DNA of 64,000 nucleotides from Lama glama (lineage: Eukaryota): NCBI GenBank assembly GCA_028534125.1, contig CM052816.1:53260001-53324000 (forward strand), written 5' to 3'. The position numbers and the translations under genes were made by a program. Positions 55,253-64,000 of the stretch are shown here, in pieces (within the stretch, counting starts at the first letter, position 1; every line of letters starts with the position of its first letter). A model generated the notes under the pieces. The model did not search any database. It worked only from the letters and a program-made list of their open reading frames with translations, and was not told where the DNA came from.

Positions 55253-56840
55253 CTATTTGTTTTTTTAAATAAACTTCTTTCTAAATATAATTGAATTGTA
55301 CTTTTAAATTTTCATTTCTCTTATTGTGAATGAGATGAATATCTTTTGAGTATCTGCTTCCTCTTTGGCTAACTGCCTTTGTGGCCTTTGTTCATTTTTC
55401 TATTGGTTAAACCAATACGGGAGGTGGAGAGGAAACTAATTAGTCTTTTGTCTGTGATGTGAGTTATAAACACTTCTTCCAGTTTATTGTTCACCTTTTG
55501 ACTTTGCTTACGGTGGCTTTTCTGTGAAAAAAAAATTGTGTTGTTAAATTTCTCTTTTCTTTTAGCCTTCTGGATTTTTGGGGGGTCCTATTTGGAAAGG
55601 CATTTCTCACTCTGAAATTTTGAGCATTTTCATGTTTTCTTCCATTCTGTGTGTGTTTGGTTTGGTTTTCACGTTTTTACCTTTGATGCATTTAGTATTA
55701 ATTTTACTTTAAGGTGTGATAAAGTACGGATTCAAATGTTCTGTTTTCTCATGGCTATCCAGTTGACTTGAAATGTTGCACGAATCATGTCACATTCATG
55801 AGGTCTCCATGTCTTCTGTTCCACTTGTTCTTGCAGGTCTTTATGTGATGGTCCTGCACTGTTTTGAGTATTTCAGCCACGTAATGCATTTGAATATCTG
55901 GTGGGACTGCTTCCTCTTATTTATCATTTTTATAATTATCTGAGCTACCCTTTCTAGTTTATTTTTCCATGAAAACAGCTTCTTAAGGTAACTGCATGGT
56001 GATATTACCAATCATGAAATGTGATTAGGCTAAGATGTTTGGGATTTTTTTCTGCACACAAAAGCAGAAAGTAGGAGGTAACTTGACATCCTAGAAAGAA
56101 AACTGGCGCTCAGAGGGACGAATTTCAGTCTCCCATCTGCAGAACATTCTGTGGCCTTGAGCTAAGCCAGGGTGATACTTGAAATGACCCGAGTGGTAAA
56201 GATTAATGAGGGAAAACAAGCCCCAACTTTTTATAAGATCATTTTTCTCTTTTAGTAATTTTAGGAAGCCAACTCTCTCGGGGTAGTTGAATCTTTCTTA
56301 ATGATTAGGAATCATGCAAAATTTCTGATTGCTCATCTGTGGTACTATTTGGGTATAGTTTGCTAAAAAGCAAATTGTTCTAAAAGCTTGGTAAGAGAGT
56401 GGTGAATGGAATTCAGTTTTTAGAGGTTTTATTCACAAACATTTTGTTAGGCTTTCCCATATTTTTCAACAAACCAATGAATCTAATGAAAGTCTCTTAG
56501 AAGCGCATTTTTGTTACTTTCCCATTGCAGTTTCAGGGTTGTAAACCCTCACATTTCTGTGTTCTGACTAACGTACAACAATATTAAAAGCACAGGACTT
56601 GGCTCTTGTTGCAACTTTCCTGCCGAAGGGATCAAAGGCATTTGCTATTGTTCCTTCCCGATTCTCCCGGGATACTGGGAGATTCTGCAGTCTCTTGCGG
56701 TGCATACTTGTAAAATGTCTTGGATTTGCAGAGGTTTTCATATTATTATTTAATAATGGGTCTCAAGATTTCAGGATTTCTACCAAGGGAAAAAAACAAA
56801 GCTCAAAAGTTCAAGTAAAGCATGAATTAAAAGGAAAGAA

Positions 56841-56933
56841 GAGGGGAGGATATAGCTCAGTGGTGGAGTGCGTGCTTAGCATGCGTGAGGCCCTGGGACC
56901 AATCCCCAGTACCTCCATTAAAAAAAAAAAAAA
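56841..56933 (+). mobile_element. tRNA-Ala-derived SINE (Vic-1-like)
   Basis: GGGGAGGATATAGCTCAGTGGTGGAGTGCGTGCTTAGCATGCGTGAGGCCCTGGGACCAATCCCCAGTACCTCCA plus poly(A). Confidence 0.88.
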
Positions 56934-56990
56934 CCTGTCTAAAAGATATATTTGTTAAAAAGCAAGCAGAAACTGAAGCTCTAAAACCCC

Positions 56991-57692
56991 TGTTGTATAT
57001 GGAATTGTGGTTCCAAAAAGATATGTCCAAGTCCTAACCTCTCGACCTATGAATGTGACCTTATTTGAAAGTAAGGTCTTTCTTTTTTCAAGTTATTTTT
57101 TAAATTGAGGTATAATTTACATATAACATTTTGTAAGTTTAAGGTGTACAGCATGTTGAGATGATACATTTATGTATTACCACCACAGCTTCAGCTAATA
57201 TCTCTCTCACATTGCACAACCATTTTTTTGTGGTGAGAACAATTGAGATCTAGTCTCTTAGCAGTTTTGAAGTGTATGAGTCAGTATTACTGAATATTGG
57301 AAATAGGGTCATCATGGATGGATTTTAAGTCAAGGTTCTCAAGAGGAGATCATCCTGCATGTAGAGTGGACCCCAAATCCAACAACTGGTATCCTGATAA
57401 AAGAAAGATTTGACATACAGAGACAGAGAGAAGATGGTGTGAAGATGGAGGCAGGGATTGGAATGTGTTTACAACCCAGAAAACGCGAACGGACTCAGGT
57501 GGTGCCTGAAATCTAGGCATGGAAGGGATTCTCCCTTGGATCCCAGAAAGAACCAGCCCTGGGGCATCTTGGTTTCAGACTGCTAGTCCACTAACTGTGA
57601 GAGAACACATTTCTATTGTTTTAAGCCCCCTTTGGTAATTTGTTGTGATAATTTGTTATTGGGGGGACAATGAGGCCACAGGAAACTCACAT
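56991..57692 (+). mobile_element. MLT1-type MaLR LTR interrupted by an antisense L1 3' fragment (about 57085-57295)
   Basis: AAAAGATATGTCCAAGTCCTAACC...GAATGTGACCTTATTTG and TGTGAGAGAACACATTTCTATTGTTTTAAGCC are MLT1-like motifs. Boundaries approximate. Confidence 0.75.
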
Positions 57693-60600
57693 GGACCTCT
57701 TTACCTGTCAAGAGAAGCTGAGCAGAAAAGCTTTTGTTCTCAGAATCCAGGAAAATTGTGAAGCAGAAGAAATACTTCACAGCTTCCTTGCTCCCTTCAG
57801 TACCCCCAGCCCCTATCCTGACTCCCAGGACCTCCACCCGTGATCAGCTACCACAGCTTACAAGCTGGTTCACAGGATGGTGGAGCCCAGTCGTGTGGGG
57901 GTGTTGACCCTCTCAGGAATATTTTTATTCCTAAAACACTTGGGAAGGGCTTTATCACAAAGGAATTCTCCTGCTGGAATCTCTGGAACTGGCACATGGT
58001 GGGGTGGATTTTACAGAGGCCTCCCTGTCCTGTCCCCCTCCCCACTTCCCCAGGGACCCTGGGTTCCGTGGCTTCATTAGAGCAAAGGAAGGTCCCCACC
58101 ATCTCCAGCTGCACCACTGCCCTTTCCTGGCCCAGCGCCCTGCAATGAGTGGGGCCGGGGCGGGCAGGGCAGATTGGCCGGGAGGTTAAGGCTTGTGGGG
58201 GGCTGTGGGGAAACTGACCCCTAACCCCACTCCTATCCCACACCCTGTCAAGTGTTCGGTGAAGGAATGACTTCTCAGGAATCTTTGGAGTGAGCTTTCT
58301 TTAGGGGAGATGAAGAGAAATGCTTATTTCAGGCAAGAGCAGAGGGCTTGGGTGGGGGCTGGTGTATGTTAGCACAGAGACAGGAGCTTCCACAGATCTC
58401 ACTGAAATGAAGGGAGCAGCTGAGCTGAGCAGCCTCAGAAAAATCACAGTGAAAATTTTTCGCATTTCTCTTTGGTTTTTTAGCTTAGAAAAATTCAGGA
58501 GTGGGGGGAAAAGGCTGGTTGGCACAGTCTGGTTGTGGTGGGTCCAGTTACTAGGGAGAGAGGAGGTGTGCAGGACTGAGATTGGCTTAGTCCTGGAGGC
58601 CAGGGGAGGGAGTCGGGAAGCCTCGGTTTCCTCCTGGCTGACAGCAGATAAGGCCCTGAGAGTCTCTGGGGCTAAAGTCAGGGAACTTGTTTTCCTCCTG
58701 CCGGGCCAGCTTTGGGCTATTCCTAACCAGGTTCAAAATTGTTGCCCTGTAACATTCTCTCTGGCTCCTGGATATTTTGCTGATGGGTATAACCTCATTA
58801 TGTTCCTAGTCAGTAAACACTGAGAATTGACATTTTAGTCTAGAAAGTGTTATCTCTATGGAACTAGTGGATGGGTTGTAAGTATGGTTGGTTGAACTCC
58901 CTTGTAGTCATATTGGTCTGGGGTCAAAGTGCATGTTGTGGTAAGTTCCAGAAACGGACTCTGAGCATATTTTCTCTTTCATGTAGTACGGAAGTTTTTA
59001 TTTGCCTGAAGTAAATGTCCAACAGTGTCCCACCTAAACAGAGTCTACAGATGACATACTTCAAGATACACTGTGTCCCCTGCAACCTGAAGAATGTGTC
59101 CACTAATGTTCAGTTTCTGTAAACGACACTGGTGTGAATGAAGCGCAAACCACAGTTATGTTTGTCAATCTCATGTAGGGTGGGGCAAGGTATTTCTAGT
59201 TACCTGGTTCACTTCTGAGGCCACCTTTCTGAGAAACACCACCGTCTCTTACCACTCTTCCAAGCTAAAACCTTACCAAACCGCAGCAGCTCTGGTGAGA
59301 TTCCAGGCACAGCCCACTGGCACCTGACAAAGGCAAAAAAGACATTTACTCATGGCTGGCGGGCTCACCTGCAGTTTCAGGTGTGGAGTTAACTCAGGTA
59401 TGTCATCTTTTAAAGCTATGGCTCCAAATCTGCTACGTGTGCATTGATCTCTGCTTATGGAATTGCTACTTGTGTTCATTTACGCAGGCCAGAAAATATT
59501 AATATTATAAACTTCTAAAATGCCATTTGGTAGAAAAGTTAAAAAATATAATGTTTCCTTAAGCCACAAAAATATAGCAACGCTTAATTTTAGGACTCTG
59601 TATTGTTAGGGTTGTATGTGGTGTTTGATCCCTGAAAAGGGTGTTTGCCAGTTTAAAGTAACTCTCTGCCTTTTTCATCCTTTAACTCTTGCTATCTCCC
59701 CATTCCAGCCCACCACTCCCCCCACACCCCCCACCAAGAGAAAGCCTGCAGGAGGCCAGTGGTCTCATTCCATCGTTTAAAGGACTGAATGCAATCATCC
59801 ACTTGGGGATTCCATCCATCAGATCAAATGTTTGGGTTTGTTTTGTTTGGTCAATGAAAAAGCCCCAATTGGCTGTTTCCCAGTCCAGTCTACATACCAC
59901 CGTGTGAAAGCCAAGACCAAGCGTCCTCCCAAGAAACAAGAGAAAATGGGTAATTCTGTGAGCTGAGAAGCCAACAGTTCTCCATCCTTCCCACCAAAGC
60001 CTGTTCAAAATTTAACACTTTGTTTGCCTGTCCAAGGTCTCCAGAAGTGGAGGGCAGAGGAGCAACCACAGCAGCCAGCCTCATTCACTCATTTATTCCA
60101 GTAAACTTTTGCTGAGTATCTATTATGTGCCAGATGCTGTTCTGGGTCCTGTGATAAAGCTGTTGTGTGGAGGAAGAAGGTTCAGGACACCCACAAATCA
60201 TACCATATAGATTTAAGGTCAACCCTGGAGAGAAATAGTCTTAGAACCTTATGGCAAAGACATTGTCATCACTTGTCTCTGCCCCACGCTCCATCCCATA
60301 TCCATCCTGACAAGTGAATATGGCCAGTGGCAGAGAACTCACTCTTCTCACGTAGGACTGCTCTTCCCATCAGTTCCAGCTTCGCCCCCTAGAAAGACAC
60401 AAAAGCATCATGTTCCTTCTTACCCATGATCACCCTTCCAACATCTGAAGTCAGCTGCCATGTTTCTGTCAGTCTTCACACTAAAGGTAGGGACAAGTTT
60501 GTGGGAGGATGGCCCCAGCTGGGTCCAAGGAAATACCTGGGTCTTTCTGGAAACTGCTGGGGCATATCCACCAGAAGTCTGTTTGAATGAGTCTGTGAAG

Positions 60601-62294
60601 ATCCTATTAGGAATGAATTTATCCAAGAAGAGGAGTAAGACTGAGGTGACTAGCTTGATCCATCACCAAGCCTTGATCACTGGAGAAAGGGGCAAACCTG
60701 AGCAGAGCTCTGGGTCTCAAAACGGACTTTTCAAATACATGTGTGTGTATATGCATAGAAAAGGAGTGAGACAAAATGTTGGTTTCTTTTTTCCGAGAGG
60801 TTGGGTGATTTTAATGTTTTCTTTATACTTTCAAAATATTTTCATATTTTCTACAATGAATATATAAAACGTGTTAATAGAATACAATTTTATTTTAAAA
60901 ATAATTTAGAAACTAATTTTCCACAGTGATCAACTTGTCTCCTCCTTTTCACTGTAGAACAGAGGCCCTCTAGTTTACATAATAAACAATATTCATAAAA
61001 TGCTGTTGAGATCAGCAAATACGCATTGTAGAATTGTTCGCGTGTTATTTGTTGGTATTACCCTCTCTCTCTCCAAGTGTCAGACAGAAAACATCTGGCA
61101 CTAGGCCCATAAGGACGCTTTAAAATTCCTTAATGACTTTCTTTAAACAAGCAAATCTTCATTAGCATTTGTATATTTGAAAAAATAAAAATAACCGCCG
61201 ATAAAAATCTGTTTTCCCCTAGAAGATTGCAAAGGATCTCTTAATGAAGGCTGGAGACCAGGGCATAAAGGGAAAATTTCTAGAGCAGTTAAGCAATCTT
61301 TCTTAACACATAATCATGTTCAACTAAAATTGGTTTTCAGATTCTTAAGAGATTGACAAAACTGATCAAAAACATTCACACACGTGAAAATGACCATCTA
61401 GAGAACTTGGTTTGTAGTTTCAGAACTTAGGGAAACAGTGACTCTGAATTATATTTTGTGACCAAGTGATTATTGAATGCATGGGATAAGATTTCCAGTA
61501 AGCATCTTAAAACTTTTAAAACTATAGATTCCATTTTTCTCAACTCCGTTGGTTGGGTGGTCATCAGATTTTGTTTCTTTCTAACATCATGGTAATCACA
61601 CAAACAAGCTGTTTTCTATTTCATTGCTGGGTTTAAGGTTACAGGGTGAAAATGGTCACACTAAATCAGTGTTAAGGCTGGCTCACTTGAGACACATGTT
61701 TCCAGATGGGCCCTGGGATGCGATGGGATCTCCTTGGAGACCAGTGGCTTTGAGGAGTTTGATAAAATGGGATTAGGAATAAACTTGACTCATTTGCAGT
61801 TCATTGATGGTCTCTGGTCTGGAAAAATGCTCTTTAATGTAACTGAAATAAGTATTTCAAAATCGAAGTGGAGAGGGGAGGATTGAAAAGGTTAAAATTA
61901 TCGCCCAAGACTTGTGATTTTATGGACCTTTTTTTTCCTTCCCTAATTCTTATTTAGTCCTATGTAATGATGACCTCTTCACAGTTGCCACGGAGGTAAC
62001 TGATTTAAATGGGACACACTGAAGTGACTCTCGTTCCTAGAAGGAAGCAGAGTATACACTAGGGTCCCTCTCATCTCAGGAGGAAGATGAGTTTAGGGAA
62101 AACAAAACTTTGAATGGTTGACTTTTTTGACTTTAGGAAAACATGTTTGGGATTCTCTAAAATTAATGTGAAATGAACCCTATGTTGCATCCTAGCTTGT
62201 GGTGGAGCAGTTCACCTAAAAGTTCATTTACAGTCAATTCTCAACTGTTAGACACAAGTTCTTCTGTGTATTTACGGAGTCTTCTTGCTAATAG

Positions 62295-62775
62295 TGTTAC
62301 CGAAGGCAACTTTGTGTGCCCGATGCACTGTGAGGCCGAACAAACTGAAACATGAGTTTGGAGCAGAGAAAAGTTTATTGCAGGGCCGAGCAAGTAGGAT
62401 GGGGTGGCTCATGCCCAAGAAAACCACAAACTCCCCAAAGGGTTTCAGCAAAGCATATTTAAAGCCCAGGTAAGGGAAGGGGGATCGCAGGGTACATGAT
62501 CAGCTCGTGCACAGTTCTCTGACTGGTTGATGTTGAGGTAACAGGGTGGTCAACACTACCCACCCCTAGGTGCCAAAAGTTCTGGGAGCCACGTGCTCTT
62601 GATCATCAAATAGTTCATTTCTTCCTGTTGGTGGCAGTTTTTAGCATCTGAAAAAACTCAGGAAATATACATGACATACTGTTATCTGGGGACTTCAGGA
62701 GGACCTACAGCAGAGGATATGAGGGAGGGTCTGACCCTGGAAGGCCCCTCAGGGTCCTGGTCCTGCTTGGTTACA
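62295..62775 (-). mobile_element. Solo LTR, ERV1-like
   Basis: TGTTAC...GTTACA termini and minus-strand AATAAA (TTTATT at 62374-62379). TSD imperfect (ATAG/GCAG). Confidence 0.65.
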
Positions 62776-62779
62776 GCAG

Positions 62780-63000
62780 CACAATTTAGTGTCCAAAACT
62801 TGAACTCTGGAACCAGGCTGCGTTCAAATCCCAGCTTCATTATTTACTGGCTGTGTGAACTTGAGCAATCACTTCATCTCCCTGTGCTTTGGCTTTCCAC
62901 ACCTGTAAAGAGGCAGTAATTACAGGAGCTCCTCATATAATCGGTGTGAGGATTAAAAGAGTTACTACACGTAAAGCAGAGAGAATAGCGTTTAGCATGT
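62780..63000 (+). mobile_element. MIR SINE (other MIR fragments near 6200-6450, 19000-19180, 20390-20560, 26890-27075, 31310-31530, 36380-36520)
   Basis: GTTCAAATCCCAGCTTC...TACTGGCTGTGTGAACTTGAGCAA...GTGAGGATTAAA MIR motifs. Confidence 0.7.
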
Positions 63001-64000
63001 GCCGCCAAGAAACTCCTCTCCGTGTTCTTCTTTTTCTTCTTATTTTAGAATTAGCTTTTCTTGCTAAAACGTATGGAAAAAAAAAAAAGTAACCACTGTT
63101 ATTATTATGGTCTAAAAAGATGAATATTCTTCCTGAAGTTGTTAATTATTATCAAATGGAAAAATCTAGCATTGGAGAGAATGCAGCTCCGTATTTCAAA
63201 ATCATAAAGGTACTTGTTTCTCTACAGGTGTCTCTTTTTTCCTTTTTGTGGTTCATTTTCAGATGTGACAGAGGTGACTTCTTGAAAGGGGCATTTGATG
63301 AATGCTCTACATGGGAGAAAGGCTAGAAACATGAAAGCTTTTTTCAAGATAATCAAGCAGTGAAACAAAGTGAGATTCTCATCTGCACCTTCTACAGGAG
63401 CAGTAGCACTTCCGGTCTGTCAGCATCTTCTGGTTCATTCCGGGTTCCTCATCACTTTTTCTTCTTGCAGCTGTTTGCTAGGTGTTGACACTGGAAAATC
63501 ACCTGCTCCCAATGCCTGTTTGGCCTTCTAGGTCGTCCTGAAGGTCATTCTCCCCCAGACGAGATGGCCTTACTATGCTTTGCTTTGCTTTGCTTTCATT
63601 CACTTTTCCTTTTATATTTTAGTTTCCTTCAAGAGTTTCAGTGTGCTTTTTTTCTTTTCTTTTCCATTCCCTTCAATAGTTACTTGGAATTTCCCACTTG
63701 TGGGCTCCACTTTCCGAATCCCGACGCTCTGCACCTCTTTGGAAGGCTTGCTTTTATTTCTCCTGTCCAGGTCATCTGTGCAAATCATTAAAGTTAGCGA
63801 GTTAGTACTAATGGCGGGACAAGTCCATCAATGCAGTCTCCCCTCCGTGAAAGTTTACTTTTCTGGTTCAGTGTCTTTTACGGCAAAGCTTGTTAAGAGC
63901 CTTTATTGCCTGAAGAAGGTGCCTCCTGGAACCTTAAGATTTCCATTTTCTGCACAGGACAGGGCCCGGCTGAACTCTGGACGGTGCAGGCAACTCCTGA

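Overview
Mammalian genomic DNA, very probably camelid: there are eight copies of a tRNA-Ala-derived SINE resembling Vic-1. The window holds the head-to-head pair BHMT2 (minus strand) and DMGDH (plus strand), whose start codons lie 146 bp apart in a shared CpG island. DMGDH exons 1-12 (25527-52891, 2032 nt of CDS) splice into one open frame with GT-AG sites. Later exons are not visible and some may lie in a 500-N gap bounded by two convergent L1s. The main finding is that BHMT2 (exons 1-4, 7 and 8 visible) looks like a unitary pseudogene. It has a 1-nt loss at the start of exon 2, a 2-nt deletion plus a TGA in exon 4, and a TGG>TGA in exon 7, while its splice sites and start context remain intact. 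The rest is intronic or intergenic DNA with Tigger1, L1, solo LTRs, MIRs, SINEs and microsatellites. Comparisons with human proteins and repeat consensuses are from memory, not from a search. Apart from the apparent gene loss, I see no evidence of a new biological system.
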